Below are positions 26,329 to 38,806 of a DNA stretch of 64,000 bases, in pieces. The first letter of the stretch is position 1. Every line of letters starts with the position of its first letter. Below the pieces are notes generated by a model. It was given only the letters and a program-made list of their open reading frames with translations. It did no database searches and was not told the origin of the DNA. The stretch comes from Octopus sinensis (taxonomy: Eukaryota): assembly GCF_006345805.1 (NCBI RefSeq), contig NC_043007.1, positions 71,176,001 through 71,240,000 on the forward strand, written 5' to 3'. The translations under genes and the position numbers were made by a program.

Positions 26329-26991
26329 AAGGTGGTGAGCTGGCAGAATCACTAGCATGCCTGCCAGGCAAAATGGTTTGTGCATTTCATCTGCCTTTAT
26401 GTTCCAAGTTCAAATTTTACCAAGGTTGACTTAGATTTTCATCATTTGGCGGTCAATAAAATAAGTACCAGTTGAGCACTGGGGTCAATGTAATTAACTT
26501 ACCCCCTCCCTGAAAATTGCTGGCCTTGTACCAAAATTTGAAGCAAATACACACACAAACACACACATAGTTACACATAAACACACATACATAGTTATGT
26601 TAACAAAACACAATACATTGAGCAACATGTTTTATTACATAATACTACAATAGTTTCAAGGTAATGCTAAAATTGAATTGTTATGTAAAGATATACTTTT
26701 ATACTCACTCATACACGCTTATATATATATAATATATATTATATATATATATATTATATATATATATAATATATATATATTTAGCATGCCGGGCAAAATG
26801 ATCAGCAGTATTTTGTCTGTCTGTCACTATGTTCTGAGTTCAAATTCTGCCGAGGTCGACTTTGCCTTTCATCCTTTCGGGGTCGATAAAAATAAAGTAC
26901 CAGTTACGCACTGGGGTCGACGTAGTTGACTTAATCCCTTTGTCTGTCTCTGTTTGTCCCCTCTATGTTTAGCCCCTTGTGGGCAATAAAG

Positions 26992-27034
<43 letters not shown>

Positions 27035-27920
27035 CATACATACATACATACACACACATATATATTTAAGTAATGTATTGATAATAGGTCAATAGATAAA
27101 TGATGGGATCAGTCTTTCAGTTCTGGCCATGCTGTGGTGTCATCTTCTGTTCTAGTATTGCAACCTGATGCTTTGTATTTTGTGGCTAGGGAAGATTCAT
27201 GCTACTGTTCTTAAATACGATTTTATTTGGGATTCTTACACAGTAAAGCTTTATCTGGAATCTTACATAGTACAATGTCCTGCTGCTGTTACTTCAGTAT
27301 GTTCACTCTACTCTAGCTATATCTTTTATACTTGAAGTGAAGGTTAATTTTCCTTCAGTAACTTTGTGTATGTCAGTGGTAGTTCTTGCTAGGGTTTGTC
27401 TCCTTGGGAAACATGATTGACTTTAATATGTTAGTATCATTAGATAAGGCGATGAGCTGGCAGAATTGTTAGCACGCTGGGCAAAATGCTTAGCAACATT
27501 CTGTATGTCTTTACAATCTAAATTCAAATGCCACCAAGGCCTCCTTTGCCTTTTGTCCTTCCGGGGTCAATAAAATAAGTACAAGTTGAGTACTGAGGTC
27601 AATGAAATTAACTTGCTCCCTCCCCCAAACTTTTTGGCCTTGTGCCAAAATTTGAAACCAATATATTAGTATTATTGGTATAACTTCTTACAGTCATCAA
27701 TATAACTTTAATATATCGGTATCATCAAGATGGCAAGTTGGCAGAATCCTTAAAATGCCAGACAAAATGCTTAGTGACAGTCTGTCTGTCTGTATGTTTT
27801 GTGTTCACATTCTGCTGAGGTCGACTTTGCCTTTCATTCTTTCAGGGTTAATAAAATAAGTACCAGTTGAGTACTGGGGTCAAAAGTACCAGTTGATCAT
27901 TAGTGTCGATATAACTGATT
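26329..27920 (+). mobile_element. Cluster of four same-orientation SINE family B copies (26329-26548, 26780-26997, 27446-27663, 27727-27920)
   Basis: Each carries GTTCAAATT..GCCGAGGTCGACTTTGCCTTTCATCC..GGGGTC.ATAAAATAAGTACCAGTT-like sequence. Confidence 0.85.
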
Positions 27921-28847
27921 TACCCAATTGTTTGGGCTAGCTGTACCATTAACCAAAAATTCTCTGAGAAAGCTACTGAAATTGTCATGACACTAAAACA
28001 GTTGTCTGCGTTTTGCTATCTGGATCGAGGCCCTGGTCTTAGCTTTCAGGCCACTCTGCTCTAGTTCTCCATCCAAGATCACACAAATTGTGATGACTTA
28101 TTATTCACTATCAGCTTTATGAAAGCCTTTACAAAGCCCATTTATATCATCACCTCTACATTTTACTGCTAGTAACTCTGTATAGTAACTTACACATTAG
28201 CAGAAACAATGTGGGGAATCCCTTAGAAGAAAATAATTTTTTAATCAGTTTATATGTGAAAGCTTGTTTCTTTGTCCTTAATTTGTTCAGCCAATCCAGA
28301 GACAATTTTATATTTGGGCTGCTATGTTTTCTATGGTTAACATTTCATTTACTGCTTTTTCCTTTTTACATGGAAGTATCTTATTTTATTTTCATTGTCT
28401 ATGAGCAACTATGAAACTGGTTCCTATATCTTTGAAATTTCATGGTGGTCAGTGAACTAATTCTATGACTTTCTTCTTCATCTCCTGAGTGTTTTCCTGT
28501 CTCTTGAGATATTTTTGTAAATGCCACGTCAGCATAACTCACTGGCATGTGTCTAATAAATACAGCATATATTATTGATATAAACTGCTTCAGGTTTATG
28601 CCATAGTCTTGCATAGAGTGGGTTTGGGGACAGTTTGTCTTATGAATCTGTTTTCAATTGATTTCCATTATGCTTTGTAGGAATTTGGGCTGCTTTTTCT
28701 GGTATCCTGACATGCAGTTCCAGAAAATGAATGACTATATGTGTTCTACACACACACGCACACACACACAAAGCAATGAGATTAAAAAAACTGAAGACGA
28801 TGTTACATAACTTTATTCAAGGTTACAATCACTTTGAATATTTGGAG

Positions 28848-29042
28848 CAGTGGTTCTCAATCATTTTTTTTTTGGCTTGTAGACCCCTTTGATTCCTATT
28901 GATGTTTAAAAAAGCCCCATATATTTTAATAATTAAATATTATTAGGAGATGTATTAAAAAAAATTAGAATATTTTGTGTATTGTAGAGGTACAAGTAAT
29001 TGATTGCACATGAATTTTAACCTCAAAATCTTCTGTGGACCC
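28848..29042 (+). mobile_element. hAT-type (Charlie-like) MITE 5' part
   Basis: Begins CAGTGGTTCTCAA, the classic hAT terminus. The matching right TIR was not found. Confidence 0.45.
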
Positions 29043-29061
29043 TATACACTTTCTTTCAACA

Positions 29062-29156
<95 letters not shown>

Positions 29157-29193
29157 ATATATATATCTATGTATCTATCTATCTATCTATCTA

Positions 29194-29233
<40 letters not shown>

Positions 29234-29399
29234 TACATATATGTTATGTGTATGTATATAGATACATGCATGTATATATATATATATATATATATTGACT
29301 GTATAGTTTATTTCTAAGCACTGCCTCATGTACAATGTATATATGAATGTGTGTCTTTATGTATGTATTTCTATTCCATGTATGGATGTATGTTTTAAT

Positions 29400-29777
29400 A
29401 ATCAGCGGAATTTACAGAGAGATCCAAGGGCTGATGGTTTTGTGCTTTTTGGCACTTATCAAACTAGCCACAAATCAAATGGGTTTCCATTAATATACTG
29501 GTGATTACAGTATTTCCCCGGATCATTCTGGAACAAATTATAAAAATAATTACAATGTCATGTGGATAATGCATATTTTTCAAATTATTTGCCTGTTTAT
29601 GCTGTTCAATAAATTAAACAAATAAAAGAAAATTCAAAGATATATATGCTTACATATATGCGGACATGAATGAGAATGTGTGAATTTAAATACAGTATGT
29701 TCATGAATATATGCACATACATTTATTCATATCCATATTCATGCATGTTCATAGATTCACACACACACACACACACA

Positions 29778-29825
<48 letters not shown>

Positions 29826-30337
29826 ACACATATTATCTATTACTTGTTTCAGTCATTGGACTGTGGCCATGCTGGGGTACTGCTTTGAATGTTTTTTTTT
29901 AGTTGAGTGAATCAACCCAAGTATTTCTAATTTAACCATGGTACTTATTCTATTGGTCTCTTTTTGCCAGACTGCTAAGTTACAGGGATGCAAACACACC
30001 AGCACCGGTTGTCAATTGGTGGGAAGGGGGACAAACACAGACAGAAAGACACAAAGATATACATAGATGTAACCCCCCCACACACACATACACACACACA
30101 CACACACGCATATATGATGGGCTTCTTTCAGCTTCCATCTACCAAATCTATTCACAAGGCTTTGGTTGACATGAGGCTATAGTAGAAGACACTTGTTCAA
30201 GGTGCCACACAGTGGGACTGAACCTGGAATCATGTGGTTGGGAAGCAAACTTCTTAATATGCAGCCACGCCCGCACCTATGTATATAAATATAAAACACA
30301 TAAAGTTATTTGAATATATGCATGTAGACATACCCAT

Positions 30338-30371
<34 letters not shown>

Positions 30372-30735
30372 AAAGATGGAGGTGGAAATAGTACAGAATT
30401 AAGTCTAAGACATTTCAGTTAAAGAGGGAATTTAATAAAAGATCATATAAAGAAGACTATTTTTATTTATATATTCTTTTGTGAAATTCCTTCTTAAAAT
30501 TTGTTTAATTGTTTATATATTCATTGAATGGTAAAATGTGCAAACCATTTGAAAAATATACCTTATCCACTTGTCATTGTAATTGCTTTTATAATTTGTT
30601 CAGAAACAACCCAGGGAAATACCATTATCACACGTATACATAGATGTATGCCCCATTGATCTGAGGGGAGTTTGATGAGTGCCAACACATGAAACTCTCA
30701 GCCATTGACTCTCTTAGCAATTTCTGGTGATTACT
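29400..30735. mobile_element. Diverged ~190-bp inverted arms (29400-29590 / 30545-30735) enclosing a SINE; same family as 55277-55620
   Basis: The reverse complement of the left arm aligns with the right arm (TTTGAT.AGTGCCAA, TTATAATTTGTTC, AATAC..TTATCAC). Confidence 0.7.
29838..30277 (-). mobile_element. Full-length SINE family C with internal (CA)n
   Basis: Reverse complement of 33186-33675. Confidence 0.85.
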
Positions 30736-30829
30736 GATTAAAAAAAAAAACATATACTACCAAGGTGATGCCCCAGCATGACCACAGTGTATTAACTGAA
30801 ACAAGTTAAAGTTAAAAGATATTCATGTT

Positions 30830-30962
30830 TTGAATTCTTTTTCCATGTTTGCATCACCAAACCTTCACTGTTTGTTTTGGCATGGTTTTTATGGCTGGAT
30901 GATGCCCTTCCTAACACCAACCACTCTGCAGAGTGGACTGAGTGCTTTTTATGTGGTACCAG
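30830..30962 (-). mobile_element. Family A 3' fragment
   Basis: GGCTGGATGATGCCCTTCCTAACACCAACCACTCTGCAGAG. Confidence 0.7.
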
Positions 30963-30971
30963 CACACATAC

Positions 30972-31022
<51 letters not shown>

Positions 31023-31028
<6 letters not shown>

Positions 31029-31238
31029 TTACAAATTTTGGAGGCCTCAAAAGACATTTTAAGATTCACAAAGATTAGAATTTATCTGCACCTCTTGGTG
31101 GTTCAAATTCGATATGCAATCTATGTGGGTGTCTTTTCAAAACATTGTCAGGTTTAAAAAGCCACATCAGATGCATTGATGGTTCTAAGGTGTAGGTGCA
31201 GGAGGTGGTCAAACTCTGCATAAGGAATAGACAACCAC

Positions 31239-31240
<2 letters not shown>
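31023..31240 (+). mobile_element. LINE (probably RTE-type) 3' end encoding C2H2 zinc-finger relics, with a (TG)n tail
   Basis: RFTNFGGLKRHFKIH and ICNLCGCLFKTLSGLKSHIR, then a short UTR running into (TG)n. Confidence 0.55.
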
Positions 31241-31306
<66 letters not shown>

Positions 31307-31546
31307 TGTGTGATCATTCAGTTTATTTCAAGATTTCTTGCCAATTGAGAAAGAAATGGCTCTGTCATTGGAATTTCAGCTTCAACAACAGGGCATTTTT
31401 GTATATATGTATGTATGAATGAATGTATGTATGTATGTATGTATGTATGTCTTTATGTATGTATGCATGTATGTATGTATGTATGTATGTATGTTCGTAT
31501 GTATGTATGTTTGTTTGTATGTATGTATGTATGTATGTATGTATGT

Positions 31547-32551
31547 GCAGATTTGTATGTTTTATGTAAGTATTCTCATGCATATAGTTGCATATCTAGA
31601 CATGCTCACATGTATTTAAATGATAAACTTCTAGAAAGTTTTACAGATTTTTACAGTTCCAGTGATAGATTGGATCTGTAGTCTTCAAATTAGCTTTCTC
31701 CTTTCTGGTTTTGAGAAGCCTAACATCTCAAGATTAGTATTTAGGCAGTGTGTTACATATCCCAGGGTCCTAATAATTACAGGTATAAACATGAACTTGT
31801 AATTTGGATAGCATAATTGCAGATTTTTCAATAGTTCAGCATAGGTGTTCTCTTTTGCACTGATCTTCAGCTAATTTCCATAACTGTACACAATTTCTCT
31901 TCTCTATCCCAAATCATTATATCAGGTCTGTTGTTCTTACATTTTATGGAGGTCTTCACTGGTACATTCCACCTGTAATCCTTTTTATTGTGAGTGGCTA
32001 TGGCTTCTACCATATTGTGGGTTCTTATTTCTTTGTCCTGGGGATTATCCTACTAATGGATTTCATTATAGAGTGTCTTAGCTACAACGTCATGTCTCAT
32101 TGGTAGGTAATACCATGATGACATTTTCGGACAACTGCTTATGATGTGGGTGATATCTTCAGTGTGAACTCCACAAAGTCTGCATCAGTTGTTGCACTTT
32201 ATGGCTTTACCTGCATCTCTATCCCTTTTGTGCATCAGGCACTCGGCTGATATTTCCTGTTCCTGAACTGAAAATGCATACCCTTCAAAGTGGCAGATAG
32301 TAATCTGGCTATTTGTCCATGAAAAACTGCTTTGATGATCGATCAATGTTACTATCATTACAGAGCTTTCTTCTAACATATCCCAAGCATAGTCTTCTGC
32401 TCATATAGTCTCATCCTTTCATCTGATGATGTGTTGCAGTAGAATCGTGCAACTTCTTTGGGCATGTATTCTAGGTTATCAGACATAGAGTGTTGCTCAA
32501 GGGCTTGCCTTCCAAGGCTTATGATGTTATCAGCCTCATGTATGCAAACTT
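31547..32551 (-). mobile_element. 5'-truncated R4/Dong-like non-LTR retrotransposon (CCHC knuckle + restriction-like endonuclease), pseudogenised
   Basis: One frame reads FEGYAFSVQEQEI...*CRLCGVHTEDITHIISSCPKMSSWYYLPMRHDVVAKTLY...NNRPDIMIWDREEKLCTVMEIS. After a frameshift it continues KENTYAELL...IPVIIRTLG...LQIQSITGTVKICKTF. Confidence 0.9.
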
Positions 32552-32609
32552 GTATGTATGTATGTATGTATGTATGTATGTATGTATGTATGTATGTATG
32601 TATGTATGT

Positions 32610-32643
<34 letters not shown>

Positions 32644-32699
32644 ATGTCTATGTATATGTATATGTTTGTATGTTGGAGGATTGAAAAGGTATGTCAAAA

Positions 32700-32815
32700 G
32701 AGTTCATATTGTGGCACCTGTTCCTTCTGCCAGCCAGCACAGCTGTGCATTATGTAATAGAATGTACTAAGCATTCTGTGGGCTCATGAATCATACAAGG
32801 GCCTCAAATTGCATC
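32700..32815 (+). mobile_element. Second LINE-type C2H2 finger relic
   Basis: HSCALCNRMY*AFCGLMNHTRA. Confidence 0.4.
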
Positions 32816-32950
32816 AGCAATGACTCATTTCAGTGATTCTTTCTTAGCTGCTTTTTCATATATGAAAAAGCAGCTAAGATAGATATATGTATGTGTGTGA
32901 GTGTGCATGTGTGTGTGTGTGTGTGTGTGTATGAATGTATGTATATGTAT

Positions 32951-33074
32951 GTGGTCTGCTTGCCTAACCAGCAGGATGGTGTCATTTGAAGGTTAAAATA
33001 ATGCAAAAATGCATTGTAACCAGTGATGTGTAACAACATCTGATAGCCTAGTTGGTCACATGATATGTGATCAC
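32951..33074 (+). mobile_element. SINE family D 3' half
   Basis: Reverse complement of the 60535-60650 segment. Confidence 0.7.
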
Positions 33075-33092
33075 AGGATTTATATTTATATG

Positions 33093-33135
<43 letters not shown>

Positions 33136-33185
33136 TGTGTGTGTGTGTGTGTGTGTGTATTTGTATGTGTATATGTATTGGCACA

Positions 33186-33419
33186 AGAGTGGCTGTGCGG
33201 TACATAGCTAGCTTACCAGCCACATGGTTCTGGGTTCAGTTCCATTGCTTGGCACCTTGGGCAATTGTCTTCTACTATAGCCTTGGGCCGACCAAAGCTT
33301 TGTGAGTAGATTTGGTAGACAGAAACTGAAAGAAGCCTGTCGTATATACATACATACATACATACATACATACATACATACATACATACATACACACATA
33401 CATACATACATACACACAC

Positions 33420-33457
<38 letters not shown>

Positions 33458-33675
33458 ATGTTTGTGTGTCTGTATTATCACCCCAACCTCACTTGACAAC
33501 CGATGCTGGTGTGTTTATGTCCCTGTAACCTAGCAGTTCAGCAAAAGAGACTGATTGATTAACTACTAGGCTTACAAAGAATAATTTCTGGGATCAATTT
33601 GCTTGACTAAAGGCGGTGCTCCAGCATGGCCACTGTCAAATGATTGAAAACAAGTAAAAAAGAATAAAAAAAGAA
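33186..33675 (+). mobile_element. Full-length tRNA-derived SINE family C (head, central microsatellite, 3' tail)
   Basis: GTGGCTGTGCGGTA...GGTTCAGTTCC head, GGCACCTTGGGCAA core, central (TACA)/(TA)/(TG), and tail GGCGGTGCTCCAGCATGGCC...GAAAACAAGTAAAAAAG. Confidence 0.9.
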
Positions 33676-33724
33676 TATATATATGCACACGCACACACAC
33701 ACATACACTCACACCACTGTGATA

Positions 33725-33990
33725 ATCAGCAAAGAATTCACAGAAGAATTTAGTATAAATGTAGTGGTCTATCAAGACTCAGTAATCAGCCTGCTTCTAT
33801 ACATCATAGTCCTATAGGCCATTACAGAAGAGTTTAAGTCTGGATAACTGTAGGATTTTCTTTACGCTTATGATCTAGATATTTTATCTGAATCTATAAT
33901 GAAATTAGATAGGAAATTCCAAGTCCAGGTATGGAAGGAAGCAAAACCTAGAAATGGAAGACTTCAAGGTAAACTTAACAAAGACTATGG
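33725..33990 (+). mobile_element. RTE-clade reverse transcriptase fragment
   Basis: VVYQDSVISLLLYIIVL*AITEEFKSG*L*DFLYAYDLDILSES corresponds to the GVHQGSVLSPLLF...LLYADDL motifs. Confidence 0.75.
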
Positions 33991-34014
33991 TTTTTTGACA
34001 GAGCTGCTAACCGG

Positions 34015-34482
34015 CTTCTGTGCCAGTGGCACATAAAACGCACCATTTGAGTGTGATCGTTACCAGCATCGCCTTACTGGCACTTATGCCCGTGCTAGTA
34101 GGATGCCAAGAGCACCATCCGAGCATGATCATTGCCAGAGCAGCCAACTGGCTTCCATGCTGGTGGCACGTAAAAGGGCACCATTCGAGTGTGATCGTTA
34201 CCAACGTCACCTTACTGGCACCTGTGTCAGTGGCATGTGTAAAAGGATTCGAGTGAGGTCATAGCTAGTACCGCCTGACTGGCCCCCATGCCGGTGGCAC
34301 ATAAAAAGCACCCACTACACTCTCGGAGTGGCTGGTGTTAGAAAGGGCATCCAGCTGTAGAAACTCTGCCAGATCAAGACTGGAGCCTGGTGCAACCATC
34401 TGGTTCGCCAGCCCTCAGTCAAAATCGTCCAACCCATGCTAGCATGGAAAGCGGACATTAAACGATGATGATGATGATGATG
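34015..34482 (+). mobile_element. Long family A copy with five ~67-bp subrepeats
   Basis: Units GTGGCAC(G/A)TAAAA..GCACC near 34020, 34086, 34156, 34224 and 34287. Ends GGACATTAAAC(GAT)n. Confidence 0.9.
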
Positions 34483-34797
34483 AATAAACAGAAGTGATCG
34501 CTGATATTGTTCTGCTTGCATGATAAATTCATCACTGAATTCATTGCTCACTCTCATCTTGCTGGCTGCCCTTTCATGCATAGCTTGTAGGTTAAATCAG
34601 GGCATATGATTAGAATTGCATATATATGCCTGTGTGTGTGTACATGTAATTGTCTGCATGTATGTGTGTGTGTGTGTGTTGTGTGGTAAACATGCATGTA
34701 CATGTTTGTATGTTTCTATGTACATACAAATATGAATGTGTACTCTTATAAAAAATTTGATACAAGTGTTGGTGTATGGGCATGTGTGTACATATAT

Positions 34798-34835
<38 letters not shown>

Positions 34836-35322
34836 TATATATGTATATATACATTCACACACATGCATACATGTTTACATGTGTGTGAATGTATGTGTGG
34901 CTGCATATAGATGTTTATGTAGTGAAGGGCAGAGAGAAGAAGAGGGTGGTGAAATGGAAGTCATTATGAGTTAATGACTGTTAGTAGGGCTATTTTTGCT
35001 TTCTCTATGTCTCCCTAATAAACAACACCACTTAATCAACCGATGATTATATTATTTATGTTTTTATTTTATATTTTTCATTCCCTTATTTAGGGATTTA
35101 TATGGGCTTCAGGGTAGCAAAACATGGTGATTGTTCATCTTCTGCATGATAGCACATCCTACCTCTTCCCCATATTTTAATTCTTCTATTCTCACCTTAC
35201 CTCAAACTCAGCCTTACACTTTACCGTACAAGCACACATGTACATGGATATAATAATAATAATAATATAATAATAATAATAATATAATAATAATAATGAT
35301 GATGATGATGATGATGATGATG

Positions 35323-35595
35323 ATGGCAGAAATTCAAAAGATGGTGCTCATGGGAACTGCTCATATCCTACACAAAATACTTTCAATGTAATCTCAAGTT
35401 TTAAAACAAACAATTTTCTTATGGTTTCTTAAACATTCTCTAGAACAATACTATGTACAAAACCAAATATATGGTACCCTAGGCATAACACCAACATGAA
35501 CTCCCAACTTGTTGTCTCTTGAGGTCTCTGGGTGAGACTTGGAGCCAACTTGTACAAATGTAAAGCAAAAGTCAAACATGAAATAATAATAATAA
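35323..35595 (+). mobile_element. R4/Dong-like element extreme 3' end with a (TAA)n tail
   Basis: MAEIQKMVLMGTAHILHKILSM* resembles the R4-clade C-terminal LQK.ALLGTA.ILR motif. Preceded by (TAA)n/(TGA)n and followed by AATAATAATAATAA. Confidence 0.65.
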
Positions 35596-35949
35596 CTACC
35601 AGGCACTGACTCATGGCTTCTGATCTTAACTGATTGGTAGTGTTATCATGTACATTGTTTTGTCTTGGTATAAAAGATGGGTTATAGCAAATATTCTGCT
35701 CAATACCACAAATTTGCTTGTCAGTTAATTGACCTTAACCAGTTAAGTATGTCTATTGGTGGCTGACGTTATGTGCATCTTGATCATGAGCAGAAGTAGT
35801 GGGGGAGCATCATAAGCATGCGTTGAGAGGAATTCTTTGGGGTATGAATGATTCATCTCTGGAAACAATGGTGTTTCATTCAAATTCCTTAAACAACTCT
35901 TATTCAGGAACCTTTTGAATGAGATGGGCTACTTGACCTGAAGAAAATT

Positions 35950-36340
35950 CTAACTGGTCCCCACCAAGAAAGATCTAAATCTTATAGGATTTCTTCTTTT
36001 GATTTCAAAGTAAGGTTTAATGCCATCTGCATATCTTAACACAGTAACACACTTCAATTTGGCATCTGTTTCTTTAGTTAATGCAACAAATAACAGGGGA
36101 ACAAAAACAGATCCCTGCAGGACACCAGATGCCATTGAATAAGGTACAGAATATTGTCCTAGTACAATAACTATTTATTTTTGAATGAGAATTCAGTAAG
36201 ATAAGTCTTCATGCCATTACAGAAATCTTTGCCACAGGTACAGAATTAAAAACTCGAATGAAGTCATGATTGACAACATCAAGTCATGAGCTACCGTCTG
36301 TGATTTGGTTATAGTTTTTGGAATGATCAGTAATCCAACA
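35950..36340 (-). mobile_element. CR1/L2-type reverse transcriptase fragment
   Basis: ASGVLQGSVFVPLLF...VLRYADGIK corresponds to SGVPQGSVLGPLLF...YADD. Confidence 0.75.
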
Positions 36341-37282
36341 TGTATGAGGATTGTGGAGAGAGAGAGAGCTGACTGGAGAATAAGGCCTCTGTTTTGAATG
36401 CATGTATCTCCAGAACACTTTGCTATCCAGGTTGGTTGCTATGCACTATTCAAATTTAAGTGCTTTTTTTTTTCTAGTCACTGCTTCATATGCTTGGATA
36501 CCTTGTTGTGCCTTCTATTATCCTTTTATCTACATAATTTGTATTTACGTTCAGTGTCTTGTATTTCTTGGCAAATTGAGCAGCTACAGTCTCCCATATT
36601 GCACTTTTCTAATGTACTTAAAAGATACTGATGCTTTGCATGTGGTCCAGATTGAATTGAGGATGTGCTGAATGATAGTATTCACATCTTTAGAATTCAA
36701 TCCAATTTTGGATGCTGCAACTCAGTTCAATAGGAGTTCCACTTCGTTTTGTTCAAGCCAAAGCTAGTGGTTTGGTGATGGTGGTGGTATTTTTTCTTTC
36801 TACTCAAGAGATTTGCAATTCTCATAGCATGGTTGGAGTGCCCTAAATGTTCCTTGGTAGTGATGCTGATAGCTGTTTCAGATAAACAACAGATCCAAAG
36901 TCTTATTACTTCTTTTGGGGAGGTAACTACTTTGGGACCAGTTCAAAAATAGCATTAAATCAAAGAAATCATTCACACTTTGTGGCAATTGGAAGGTTTC
37001 CCAACCTATCTTCAAGTAATTGAAATACACTTGGAATGAAAGGTGCCTTTTTTTTGAGATACAACTCTGAGAATGTCAAAAAGCTGTGTGCTCAGTTGTT
37101 AGAGATAAACAACTCCAATTAGAAGTACTGAAATGATTATATAGACAAATGTGATTGCTTCAAATTCTTAAAAGGAATTTCTGAATCCTTCAAGGCAGTG
37201 TTCTAACATGGCCACAGTCCAATGATTGAAACAAGTAAAAGATAAAAGATAAAATCTATGTTAGACCATCATGCACACACGT

Positions 37283-37344
<62 letters not shown>

Positions 37345-38330
37345 ACACATGCACAGACACACATACGGCAGTTTAAGTAGTGTTTACAAAACATGTTATA
37401 AGCAGCCATGCTAAAAATACTACTACAGGATAAAGAATGTGTAAGAGCCTCAAGGAGTGTGATCAAATCAGTCACCAATTTGTGTGTGTGTGTATGTGTG
37501 TGTGTATGCATGTGCGCACATGTGCATGCACATGAGAGTTCTAGTTTCATCTTCTTTGTCTAGGTCTTTCTCCATACTTTCATATGAATTTCTTTCAGTT
37601 TGCTTGGAACAGTGAAGTTCCTAGATGAATTATTAACATTGCTGGACAGTCCTAGTCTCATCTTCAAGATAAAGTAATGTTGTTGTGTGTTGCTGTCTTC
37701 TTATAGCTAGGCAGAGCCAATATGATTGGTGTAGATGTTCCAGCCAGAATTGTCAGCTTATATGTTGTCATAAATCTGTTGTTTGTATATATTACATTAA
37801 TCATCTGTTTTGTGGGGGATTGTGTAAACTATAGAAATATTGTCCATTGATGTTCTCTTATCTAATTTTGATTAGAGTTCCATGTTTGGAGTGCATTGCT
37901 GTTGTTCTTTCCTTGTAAGTTCATGATGGACCAGTGAGAGAGTATCATATTTGTATGAGCAATAAAGCAGTGTGTGTGTACGACAGTCTTTATGTGTGCA
38001 CATATATGTGCGTATGTGTGTGTGTTTCAGTCTCCTTGTTTTGACATTGTGTGCTAAGTAGAAAGAAACCTCACTGTCATAAGTGGTGCTATTTGTTTGG
38101 AATCTTTTGCGAAAACACATCCACACTTGGGGAAAATATTACCTTGTTTGAAAACAAATGCAGGTTGGCAACAGGGAGGACAGCCCAAGGAAAAAAAAAA
38201 TTGATCTCAATGGATTTTGTCTGACTCATGGAAAAGATCAAACTGATGATGAGGATGATATGATTATGATATATATACATGTATACACACACTCTCTCTC
38301 TCTCTCGCTCACACACACATATCATCATCA

Positions 38331-38806
38331 TCATTTAACATCCACCTTCCATGCTGGTATATAGTAATAATAATAATAAGGATAATAATTATCCCTAAAA
38401 TCTTTGTCATCGTTTAACGTCCGCTTTCCATGCTGGCATGGGTAGGATGGCTTGACTGAGGACTGGCAAGCCAGGAGGCTGCATGAGACTCCAATCTGAT
38501 CTGGCAAGGTTTCTATGGCTGGATGCCCTTCCTAACACCAACCACTCTGAGAGTGTAGTGGATGCTTTTTACATGCCACTGGCACGGGGGCCAGAATCCT
38601 CATCGTTTAATGCCCGTTTTCTATGCTGGCATGGGTTGGATGGTTTAAGTGAGGTTTGGCAAGCCAGCAGATATCATCATCATCATCATCGTTTAGCGTC
38701 CGCTTTCCATGCTAGCATGGGTTGGACGGGTCAACTGGGGTCTGTGAAGCTGGAAGGCTTCGTCAGGCCCAGTCAGATCTGGCAGTGTTTCTACAGCTGG
38801 ATGCCC
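38331..38806 (-). mobile_element. Stack of four partial family A 3' ends in the same orientation
   Basis: CATCGTTTAACGTCCGCTTTCCATGCT-type starts near 38331, 38408, 38600 and 38675. Confidence 0.8.
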
